Assembly: GCA_950097015.1 (NCBI GenBank)
Contig: CATNEN010000037.1
Span: 1-64,000 of the forward strand
Source: Macrostomum hystrix
Lineage: Eukaryota; Animalia; Platyhelminthes
Length of the DNA: 64,000 bases
Direction of reading: 5' to 3'
The position numbers and the translations under genes were made by a program. Positions 23,301-32,627 of the stretch are shown one piece after another (the first letter of the stretch is position 1; each line of letters begins with the position of its first letter). The notes below the pieces were generated by a model. It was not told the origin of the DNA, did not search any database, and saw only the letters and a list, made by a program, of their open reading frames with translations.

Positions 23301-25253
23301 GCTCCGGACTGGCCGCATTTGACGACATCGACTGTCTGACTGCGTTTGCCGACTATCGCATACCCCAGGCCCTGGAGTACTTCAATGTACTGCAGTACAG
23401 GCCAGAGCTCAAGGCTGTACTTGCTGAGCAGCGATTGCTGCCAAATGGCGACCCTATGGAGGTAAGGGGCGAACGACACAATGAGTTATTTCCTTACGAC
23501 TGGTCTACCTGTGCAATGCATCTAGTTCCTGTGCAATGCATCTAGTTCCTGTGCTAGTTCCTGTGCAATGCATCTAGTTCCTGTGCAATCCATCTAGTTC
23601 CTGTGCAATGCATCTAGTTCCTCAGCAATGCATCTAGTTCCTGTGCAATGCATCTAGTTCCTGTGCAATCCATCTAGTTCCTGTGCAATGCATCTAGTTC
23701 CTGTGCAATCCATCTAGTTCCTGTGCAATGCATCTAGTTCCTGTGCAATTCATCTAGTTCCTCAGCAATCCATCTAGTTCCTGTGCAATGCATCTAGTTC
23801 CTCAGCAATCCATCTAGTTCCTGTGCAATGCATCTAGTTCCTGTGCAATTCATCTAGTTCCTCAGCAATCCATCTAGTTCCTGTGCAATGCATCTAGTTC
23901 CTCAGCAATCCATCTAGTTCCTGTGCAATGCATCTAGTTCCTATGCAATGCATCTAGTTCCTGTGCAATGCATCTAGTTCCTGTGCAATCCATCTAGTTC
24001 CTGTGCAATGCCATCTAGTTCCTGTGCAATGCATCTAGTTCCTGTGCAATGCATCTAGTTCCTGTGCAATGCATCTAGTTCCTGTGCAATGCATCTAGTT
24101 CCTGTACAATGCATCTAGTTCCTCAGCAAGCCATCTAGTTCCTGTGCAATGCATCTAGTTCCTGTGCAATGCATCTAGTTCCTGTGCAATGCATCTAGTT
24201 CCTGTGCAATGCATCTAGTTCCTGTGCAATGCATCTAGTTCCTGTGCAATGCATCTAGTTCCTGTGCAATCCATCTAGTTCTGTGCAATCCATCTAGTTC
24301 CTGTGCAATCCATCTAGTTTCTGTGCAATCCATCTAGTTCCTGTGCAATCCATCTAGTTCCTGTGCAATCCATCTAGTTCCTGTGCAATCCATCTAGTTC
24401 CTGTGCAATGCATCTAGTTCCTGTGCAATCCATCTAGTTCCTGTGCAATCCATCTAGTTCCTGTGCAATCCATCTAGTTCCTGTGCAATCCATCTAGTTC
24501 CTGTGCAATCCATCTAGTTCCTGTGCAATCCATCTAGTTCCTGTGCAATCCATCTAGTTCCTGTGCAATCCATCTAGTTCCTGTGCAATCCATCTAGTTC
24601 CTGTGCAATCCATCTAGTTCCTGTGCAATCCATCTAGTTCCTGTGCAATCCATCTAGTTCCTGTGCAATCCATCTAGTTCCTGTGCAATCCATCTAGTTT
24701 CTGTGCAATGCATCTAGTTCCTGTGCAATCCATCTAGTTTCTGTGCAATGCATCTAGTTTCTGTGCAATGCATCTAGTTCCTGTGCAATCCATCTAGTTC
24801 CTGTGCAATGCATCTAGTTCCTGTGCAATCCATCTAGTTCCTGTGCAATGCATCTAGTTCCTGTGCAATCCATCTAGTTCCTGTGCAATCCATCTAGTTT
24901 CTGTGCAATGCATCTAGTTCCTCAGCAATGCATCTAGTTCCTGTGCAATGCATCTAGTTCCTGTGCAATGCATCTAGTTCCTCAGCGATGCATCTAGTTC
25001 CTGTGCAATCCATCTAGTTTCTGTGCAATCCATCTAGTTCCTCTTCTCCTTACGCCAGGTGGAGATTCGCGGCGCAACGATTCACGCCGTGGAACTGTTG
25101 GCCAATGAGATGCGAGCTCGCCTGTCGTCAAGCGCCAGCAAGCCGCTAATGAATTCGGTTCTTCTCGACCACTACCTGTGGGACTATAGGCGACAATTTG
25201 CCGATAAGATCGATCGCCTGCCGTTTCATCGCACTCGCTGCATATTTTATTAG
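20363..25253 (+). CDS. QNG1: Queuosine 5'-phosphate N-glycosylase/hydrolase (Q salvage protein, C9orf64/DUF2419), 345 aa, 4 exons
   Basis: Exons 20363-20623, 21745-22098, 23234-23461 and 25059-25253 are all phase 0, GT-AG. Motifs WVFLADTLNFSFWS, GYWSLCAAINRSLDEG, FPCYRD, YKRAQILVADIW, FADYRIPQAL, EVEIRG, LDHYLWDY and PFHRTRCIFY. Confidence 0.95.
20647..21720 (+). repeat. 32-bp minisatellite (gagtgctacagac[a/t]ctgttggttgttattggc) filling QNG1 intron 1
   Basis: About 33 tandem copies with no unique spacers. Confidence 0.95.
22123..23130 (+). repeat. 21-bp minisatellite (ggatgatggaatgggattgaa) filling QNG1 intron 2
   Basis: About 47 tandem copies. Confidence 0.95.
23509..25042 (+). repeat. 20-bp minisatellite (tgcatctagttcctgtgcaa) filling QNG1 intron 3
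   Basis: About 76 tandem copies, ending about 16 nt before the 3' splice site. Confidence 0.95.
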
Positions 25254-25532
25254 GGCTTTATCATGTTAGAAAAGCTTTGTATGGACTCTTATATACTACT
25301 GAACATGTTTCTATCATTGAGTAGTATTATGGTGCCAATATTTTCGATAAAAATATAAAATTTTTAAATGGCTTATTGGGCCTGGTCAAGTTGCAATATT
25401 TTTGCCCATTTTTGTTGGTTTGAGAAAGAAGGAAAAAATTTGAGCCTGTCTGTGTTATTTTTTCTTTTTTTTACTTTGCCAAGGCATTTTGAGTACAGCT
25501 GGTTGTAAAATGAGTATCAAACTTTAGCAGCT

Positions 25533-25610
25533 CAGGGTCGGCAAACTCCGGCCCGCCGGCCAGATGCGGCCCTCGATCTGGGCTCCCAAAACCCGGCCCG
25601 TTGACCCCTC
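25533..25610 (+). mobile_element. hAT/Charlie-like terminal fragment
   Basis: cagggtcggcaaactccggcccgccggccagatgcggccc resembles the 5' end of hAT-Charlie MITEs (CAGGGGTCGGCAAAC...GGCCCG). No clear partner TIR was found. Confidence 0.45.
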
Positions 25611-25629
25611 TGACACCTACAGTAATCCT

Positions 25630-26010
25630 GTTTCATCTCTCCCCTGTCTCATCTTCCGTGTCTCATCTCTCCCGTGTCTCATCTCTCTTGTGTCTCATCT
25701 CTCCCGTGTCTCATCTCTCCCGTGTCTCATCTCTCCCGTGTCTCATCTCTCCCGTGTCTCATCTCTCCCGTGTCTCATCTCTCTTGTGTCTCATCTCTCC
25801 CGTGTCTCGTCTCTCTTGTGTCTCATCTCTCCGGTGTCTCATCTCTCCGGTGTCTCATCTCTCCCGTGTCTCATCTCTCCCGTGTCTCGTCTCTGTTGTG
25901 TCTCATCTCTCCGGTGTCTCATCTCTCCCGTGTCTCATCTCTGTTGTGTCTCATATATCCCGTGTCTCTATTCTCTAGTGTCTCATCTCGCCTGTCATCT
26001 CTCGCTTATC
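25630..26010 (+). repeat. 16-bp CT-rich minisatellite (tctcatctctcccgtg)
   Basis: About 23 degenerate tandem copies downstream of QNG1. Confidence 0.9.
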
Positions 26011-26775
26011 TCACATTTCTGAGATACTTCAAGCAGATGAAATTTTAGGACTGACAGGTTTACTGAATGCAGGAGCACTTACGGAAAAGCATACACCTAC
26101 TATCTGAAGCGTTGAATATTTTGACCTTCTGGAAATGGTGGCGGCTTAATACTTGCTTCACAAGGTGCCCATTCACAAGTAGAATAATTAATTTAATTTT
26201 CAGGCCCTACTCAAGCCAAAGGAGTAGAAGGACGGGAATTCTTTTTCTGGCCGAAATCTCATTTTTTTATTTCGCAAATTTACTGCGACTGTGTTTGATT
26301 GCAGGCTCATATTTTGTATCATTAATACTTCACGTATAGTCTGAATTCCTACCTCCGCAGTGTATATTTCGTCAAAAATCTTGCCTCATTTAATCATTTT
26401 CTAAGAAACTTAGCTTCCTGTCCTTCCATGCACTCCCCAACTAGTTGTCCCTGGCTCACGCACCTGCGCTGCAGCGACTGCTTCGCCAGATCGGAAGCGC
26501 GAGCCAGTTGCTACAATAGAGACAGCCGTATTTAGGCATTCATGGCGTCATGGCGACCCAATGCTAAGTGCATTAAGTAGGTGTGCTTTATAATTCATCG
26601 GATGAAATCACTCATTCAGCAGCCAATTGTGCGGCCTGGGCCTGCGACCTGCTAAGCTGTGAGCTGCAATTACTGTGAGAGGCGGAGTTTTTAACTGACT
26701 GCAAAGGGGCGCGAATTCTAATGCGTGATCTGGGATGAATTAAACTTTGAAATCCTCATCTGGTTGCATCATCAG

Positions 26776-27213
26776 TCAGCCACGGAAGCCGACTCGCTGC
26801 TCATCGACTGTCTGCTGGCCACTAGTCACGTGACCAGATGCGCCCTGGTCAGCAAGCGAAACCTGTCCGTTGTGGCCAATCAGCCGCCGTCGCCCGTCGT
26901 CTGGCCGGCTCCGGACGATCTGCGCCGACTGGCTGCCGCGTTTTTGCGAGTCGCCAAGCCGGCAACGCCGGCAACGGAACCGAGGCCACGACGGTCGCGC
27001 GCGCCGTTGCAGTTCGACGGTCGAAGCTACCTCGTGGCGCGAGGCGACGGTTGGTCGGTCTATGCGACTGCCGCGGCGGATGGCGGCGGCCTTGTGGCGG
27101 TGCGCACGCCGGCTCACCTGCTGCTGGCCACTTATTCGGCCGCCATGTGTCCTGCCGTGTGTGCTGAAGCCTGCGAAAGGCTTGGCGACTATCTCCGACT
27201 AAAGGGCCAGTGA
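26776..27213 (+). CDS. PFN4: Profilin-4-like protein (start codon/first exon unresolved)
   Basis: SLLIDCLLATSHVTRCALV, LQFDGRSYLVARGDGWSVYA and GLVAVRTPAHLLLATYSAAMCPAVCAEACERLGDYLRLKG match the PFN4-type profilin pattern. Candidate acceptor AGs at 26774-26775 and 26778-26779. Confidence 0.8.
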   Translation, partial: SATEADSLLIDCLLATSHVTRCALVSKRNLSVVANQPPSPVVWPAPDDLRRLAAAFLRVAKPATPATEPRPRRSRAPLQFDGRSYLVARGDGWSVYATAAADGGGLVAVRTPAHLLLATYSAAMCPAVCAEACERLGDYLRLKGQ

Positions 27214-27691
27214 CTGACAGGTTGATTGGTAGGCTAGAGAGATTGATTGACAGGTGGATTGGTTGGGTAGAGAGATTGATTGACAGGTGTATTAGTAGGT
27301 TAGATAGACAATGATTAACAGGTAAATTGTTAGGCAGATTAAGGTAGATTTAGGTAGATTGATAATTAGATTGACAAGGTAGATTTGAAGATTGATGCAG
27401 ATGAAATATACCTTAATTATATTTCTATTTTTATACACATGTTGCGGACAATATGTTCAAGAGAAAAAGTAACTGCATAAAATATATATTTTAGGAAGTT
27501 GGTAAATATTGCACTAGCAAGCTCTCAAAGGCAGTACATGTTATTTGCACAGCCTCAACACAGCTGGTTTCTTGTCTGTCAATTTCTATCCAACTCTATC
27601 CAAGTTGTAGTGCTTAGTCCCTTGTTTAACTTTTTATTGTTTGAGCTTAAAATATCACATCGGAAGCAAAAATGGAACAGCACCCGATGCA

Positions 27692-27763
27692 GCCGTGATG
27701 GTACAGTGGTTAGTACTTCTCGTTGTGTCCGAGACAACCCAGGTTCGAATCCTGGTCACAGCA
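27692..27763 (+). tRNA. tRNA-His (GTG), variant or possible pseudogene
   Basis: Cloverleaf: D stem GTAC/GTAC, anticodon stem TCTCG/CGAGA with loop TT-GTG-TC, T arm CCAGG-TTCGAAT-CCTGG, acceptor GCCGTGA/TCACAGC with a C3:A70 mismatch, discriminator A. Closely follows the eukaryotic tRNA-His consensus. Confidence 0.8.
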
Positions 27764-28021
27764 AAATATGCGGGATTAAACATTATGAATGCTTACAATA
27801 AGCACGAAATTTCTTGCCCCATATAGCCTTCGTCTTTTTTTCTTGAATGGTTAGTTGTATATGCAGGTTCAGAGATTGATAACAAATTATTGTCTATGAG
27901 GAAACCGCATATACATCTGCATTGTTATATAAGATAAATTTATGGGCTCAAAGTTAAACAATCTATCATTGTTCAACGTTAAACAATAATAGATGAACCG
28001 GTGAAATGAAATGAAAATTGT

Positions 28022-28255
28022 GCCATAGACAAAGAAGCTAAGAGTGATAGACAAAATGATAGATGAAAACGAGTGAAATGAAGTGGAATTTAAGCCATAG
28101 ACAAAGAAGCTAAGAGTGATAGACAAAATGATAGATGAAAACGAGTGAAATGAAGTGGAATTTAAGCCATAGACAAAGAAGCTAAGAGTGATAGACAAAA
28201 TGATAGATGAAAACGAGTGAAATGAAGTGGAATTTGAGCCATAGACAAAGAAGCC
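28022..28255 (+). repeat. 72-bp tandem repeat, about 3.3 copies
   Basis: gccatagacaaagaagc recurs at 28022, 28094, 28166 and 28238. Confidence 0.9.
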
Positions 28256-28299
28256 AATAGGGTAACGGAAGAGAACCTCAGTTAAAACTGAAGCTCAGA

Positions 28300-28480
28300 G
28301 GGTGGAATCGCTCAAGAATCGCGGATTTCAAAGACTCCGGCTTCTCTCTTAGGAACATAATGTGCGTCACTGGACAACAGAGTTAATCAACGGTCCGACG
28401 CTACTTATCGCGGAAGCGTGAAAACGCTGTTAGGGAGGCGTCGACGTCTATCGGCCAGGCACTGTTCAGGCAAGTCAGCG
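28300..28480 (+). pseudogene. Possible fossil tyrosine-recombinase (Crypton-like) C-terminal fragment
   Basis: Translation SGFSLRNIMCVTGQQS*STVRRY resembles the G...IM-V-GH-S-SS---Y box of animal tyrosine recombinases. It has an in-frame stop, and His is replaced by Gln. Confidence 0.4.
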
Positions 28481-28756
28481 GCGAGAGTTTGTGCTCAACG
28501 CGTTCAGCAACATTTAGTCACGCTAAAAGAGTTGCAATCCAGCAGCGATGGTGAATCAATTCAGCCTGCTTTGTCAACCTAGCCTACAACATGCAATGTC
28601 ACAAGAAAATCAATTGGCGTGAGTGGCTGCGTTAGCTCTATCTTTGCAGATTGCTATTTCGACAATTTCACCTTCAATTTCTCGAAATGATTGCTTGTGT
28701 TCTCCTGTAACACTTGCAAGTGATCGGACTGAATATTGAAAATGAAATGCTAACAT

Positions 28757-29530
28757 CATAGATACTAAAATAACTATACCTTTTTGCGTTCTAGTTGGTT
28801 ATTTTTGCGATCAAGTTGGACAGACTGCTGAGGCTCAGACTGCGCTAAATCGCCTGCAATCGAATGTAGGATTGACCATAGACAGCCAAGTCTTTTGCGC
28901 TCTAGTTGGTCTTTTTTGCGTTCTATTTGGACAAAAATCTCTTCCCTACTCCTGTCCTCTCCGTCTCTTCAGTCATCATGGGTGAGCGTGGCCCGTATTT
29001 GAAAATTAACGCTGTTGATAGACTGAGGCTGATCACTGCCTACGAGGAGGACTCTGATTGGAGGACATTGGCTCAGCAACTGGGCATCAAGCGCACAACG
29101 GCAAGCAACATCATCCGCGCGTATACGGATTTTGGACACACGGAGCCTCAGGCAAGAGGGGGTCCAAAAAGGAAGCGTCTGACTGATGCCATGATTGGAT
29201 CAATCACAGTGTCACTTATATTCAGAGGTGCCTGGATTGCGCCGACATTTTTGAGTGATTAGCAAGCCGGATATCGTGGATTGATGCAAACCCTTACTGA
29301 CCCTGACTCTATATCTGCTTAACGTCATTCTTAGTTAATGTTTGATGTAAATGTTTGTTTATTGTCACTGTAACTGTCGCCATTGCCTCTTTACCTGCCT
29401 GATTGCAGTTTTTTCTTTTGTTCCTCATGCCGATTCTATCCTAGCAAAGTCTTGTCCAAATAGAACGCAAAAAAGACCAACTAGAACGCAAAAAGGTATA
29501 CTTATGTTAATAGTTATTTTAGTATCTATG
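28757..29530 (+). mobile_element. Composite non-autonomous DNA transposon: outer 20-bp TIRs with 8-bp TSD enclosing a Tc1/IS630-like remnant
   Basis: Outer TIR catagatactaaaataacta (28757-28776) and its reverse complement (29511-29530), flanked by GCTAACAT on both sides (28749-28756 and 29531-29538). Inner TIRs tacctttttgcgttctagttgg (from 28777; reverse complement ending 29498) are each bordered by TA. Confidence 0.8.
28978..29262 (+). pseudogene. Truncated Tc1/IS630-like transposase (N-terminal HTH only)
   Basis: DRLRLITAYEEDSDWRTLAQQLGIKRTTASNIIRAYTDFGHTEPQARGGPKRKRLTD is a paired-like HTH followed by an RGG-K-RL linker. No DDE domain is visible before the right TIR. Confidence 0.65.
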
Positions 29531-29810
29531 GCTAACATACAAAACACACTGTAAACAGACACCCCCAGTTTGCAATTAGCATATTTAATAAAAAATTGTC
29601 TATGGCATAAAAGACCGGCGTTGAATAACGCTGCTTGTTCTCCACTAGTTAATTATAAAATATCTATATAACAATGAAGACACCACAGTAGTCTTTGAAC
29701 AAAATGTATTTGCGAGTGACAAAATTTATATTGTAGAGCTGCTTATCAAAGTCCAGCTGATTTATTAGCATTCAATACTTTATGATCGATTCGCTGGGAT
29801 CCAACCAAGA

Positions 29811-31790
29811 ATGACGCAACGCCGGGCCCAGCAGTTTCGAACCCTCGACGCTTTGATCAGAGTGTACTCGCCACCAAGGCGAGTTCGCATCCTCCACTGG
29901 AATGAGCCGATTGCTGAGCGGCAAGAATCCTGCACCAATGCCTGCAACAATCGGCCTCTGCAGCCAGAGCTGGGGTCTACAGATGAGAGGAACTGCAGAA
30001 ATGTCACTGCAGATCGGGCAAGTCGCTTGGAGAGAAAGCGGGTAGAGCAACGGCGCTGGGCTGGCTCGGTGGTCGACGCTCTGTCGGACGTATTCACAGC
30101 GATCTGGACGAATTTTGTTGAACCAACTGGCGAATTCCGCACTCAGAGCACCTCTGAGCTCCGACCCGGGAGTAGCAGGCCCAGAGGCGATGTCAAGCTG
30201 GTTTCGACCATCTTTTCCTCTGATAGCCTGATGGCTACTAGAGAAAGCTACCGGATTCACTTCCAGCTAATGCAGGAGTTCAAGCTCGATTCTGTGCTTT
30301 CGGTAGTTCATTTATAAGCTTGAACTTCAACTAGAAACTTTCCTTAAAAATGTCTTTATATATTCCTCTCATCTTGTTTAGGATTGGAGAAGCAATTCCG
30401 CGGTGCTGGCGTACATCGATCACATGAGAGCGGACCAGATGATCCGGGTGTGCTGCGAGGGCTTGTTCAAGCGCCTGGGTACGCCGGGGATGAAAACGGT
30501 GACTGATTTTGTTGACACTCTGTGCCAGATCTGGTTCCAACCGGTTGCCAACAATGAGGACAGACCGCGCTGCGGGTACTACCACGTGTGCGTCGGCGAG
30601 CTCAGAGTCAGATCGGGCAAGATGAGCGGCATGCACAATTGGTTTAAGTTTCTAATTGAAGAGGAGAAGAAGAACACTAAGATTATAAAGTGGTTCTCCT
30701 ATGATAAGAACCTGCGTAAGTCAATCGATATATAAGGGGGGTCGGTGGCAGAGCAGTTATCGCGTTTGCCTCTCGCACCACGGTCCCTAAGTTCGATTTC
30801 ACGGCGAGGCCGCATTTATTTGTGGCGCAGCCGCGGTGAAAAGGCTTGGGGGCTTGTCGTGCAATTTACGCCCTTGAGGGCCAACCTCCAAAGCAAAGTT
30901 TAAATGTACACTGCCTGACGATGAGAAAGTCAGGGCAGATGTACACACCTGTGTGAGTGTATGCCTGCGTACAGTATCTGTGTGCGTGGGTGCTCAGGAG
31001 TCAGCGAAATGGGCGGAATTGCCTCCTCGCTGGCTGCGGGTCTAGTGTCACTGATGTGCCATTGCCCGCAGCCTTCCTGCAATTATTATAGTATATTTAT
31101 TATCGATATATTTCGTATATTTACCAGCTAGACGTGTTTATAAGATTTATGAATTCCGCAGAAATAGTTGAACATGTTTTAGCGGAATAAATTGTAATTA
31201 TCTTCGGTTGGTACTGAATGGTTATGTGTGGTTAGTAATGCCTGCTTATTGGTTTCTGGTTGGTACTGAATAGTTTCTGATTGGTACTGAGTAGTTTCTC
31301 ATTGGTGCTGAATTGTTTCTCATTGGTACTGAATTGTTTCTCATTGGTGCTGTATTGTTTCTGATTGGTACTGATTGTTTTCTGATTGGTAGTAAATTGT
31401 TTTTCATTGGTACTGAATGGTTCGCTGCTGCTTTCGCCAAGTCTCTCGTGCGTCTTTGTTCGTGCTTTGGGGCACTAATGTTACGGATTAGGCTCCGATA
31501 GTACCAACCAACATTTTCAAATTGCAGACTTAGTCAGTATGAGGTTCAACATGAAGCATCCTGAATGGAACACTTGGTTCCAAAAAGAAAAGTCGAGCTT
31601 CCTCGTCGGCGTCCCAATCGACTTTGAACTGCTGCTGTTTACAGTGATTGCCATGGTGAATCCGAACCACGATACGAGCGTACGGATTAAGGACTACCAG
31701 CCATTGGTAGTGGTTCCTAGGACTATTAAACGTACCGGCGGTCTCGTGACCGCATACTTTCGCGAAAGTCCAAAAGAAATCGACCTTTAA
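29811..31790 (+). CDS. EndoU/XendoU-family endoribonuclease, divergent, 362 aa, 3 exons
   Basis: Exons 29811-30302, 30382-30715 and 31528-31790 are GT-AG and phase-consistent (1089 nt). Motifs LCQIWF, CGYYHVCVGE, SGMHNWFKFLIEE and QKEKSSFLVGVPIDFELLLFTV correspond to EndoU LxxIWF, GFEHVFVGE, GLHNW and KPxSSFIGxSPEFE. Confidence 0.78.
30736..31090 (+). mobile_element. tRNA-derived SINE family B, copy 2 (EndoU intron 2)
   Basis: The most complete copy: A-box-like ggtggcagagcagtt, B-box-like gttcgatttc, the shared body and an AT-rich tail. Confidence 0.85.
31240..31420 (+). repeat. 21-bp minisatellite (attggtactgaattgtttctc) in EndoU intron 2
   Basis: About 8 degenerate tandem copies. Confidence 0.85.
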
Positions 31791-32627
31791 TAGCCAAAAA
31801 TTGTATCCGCTTTCAATTTTCTTTTCTTGACTTTTTACTTTGGGATTTTGTTGAAAAATATATACACAATGGATATTTCCTCAGCAATGCCTATTTGATT
31901 TATTAAAGTTTCTCGGAAACTGAAATCATGTGTGCTTGTTGTTTTTATCTTTCTTGCATTCTAGAAATTTCTCAGTTTTCGGTAATGTCGTGAGTGCATT
32001 CGGCTTAATCGAGCGTACAAACAGCAAGAGACATGAAAATTCTGATTCCCTAATGGGTCGAATATTGCATTTTAGGCCGCAAAAACTCGGGAAACTAGAA
32101 ATTTTCGTAAAAACTGTTGAATTGTCGGCAATATCAGAACCGAAATAGTTGAATTGTCGAAGATTCTAGAAACCCCTCTTATGGAAAAAAGGTGAAGTGT
32201 CTGTTGACATGTCTCTCAGATTTAAAGAATATGCGCAAATATTATGAGTTGCACAAATATATTCTCAAACTTCTATATACCGAGATTTGCAACTGCATTT
32301 CTGCCATTTGGAGGGGGTGGCTATAGCTAGTTGTTTATCTGCTTCTCAACCTCAGCTTCTCAACCTCCATCTGCACAATGAGCGGAGGACCAGTACTTGT
32401 GTCATTGCCTCCAATTCAAAGCTACACTCTGGATGCACTCGCACACTACACACAAGTCTAGCTGCAGTTGCCTGGCAACATGATGCGATGGAGGGCTGCC
32501 CGCGCAGCCCGAGACATCTATGAATTGGCGCGGTCTGAGCTGTACTCACGGGCCAAGTCAGATAGAGAGCAAGAAAAACAAGTCGCATTCTGTGAAGGGA
32601 AGCAAACTTTTTCTCGAATCAGCCATC

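Noticed and set aside
22001-23479. 492-aa minus-strand ORF (SSFNPIP repeats)
   Set aside because: It is the antisense of the 21-bp QNG1 intron array. The C/T-rich strand has almost no stop codons, so a long ORF is expected, and it overlaps QNG1 exons antisense.
5708-25042. 20-41-bp tandem arrays as CRISPR arrays
   Set aside because: The units are head to tail with no unique spacers, lie in spliceosomal introns or gene flanks, and there are no cas genes.
25564-26048. Three overlapping Ser/Leu-rich ORFs
   Set aside because: They are products of the 16-bp CT-rich repeat.
30905-30950. Hammerhead ribozyme core (CTGACGA...GAAA) in SINE family B
   Set aside because: Only 3 nt separate the two boxes (no stem II), CTGAC pairs with GTCAG in a hairpin, and other copies read CTGACAA/CTGAAGA and GAAC.
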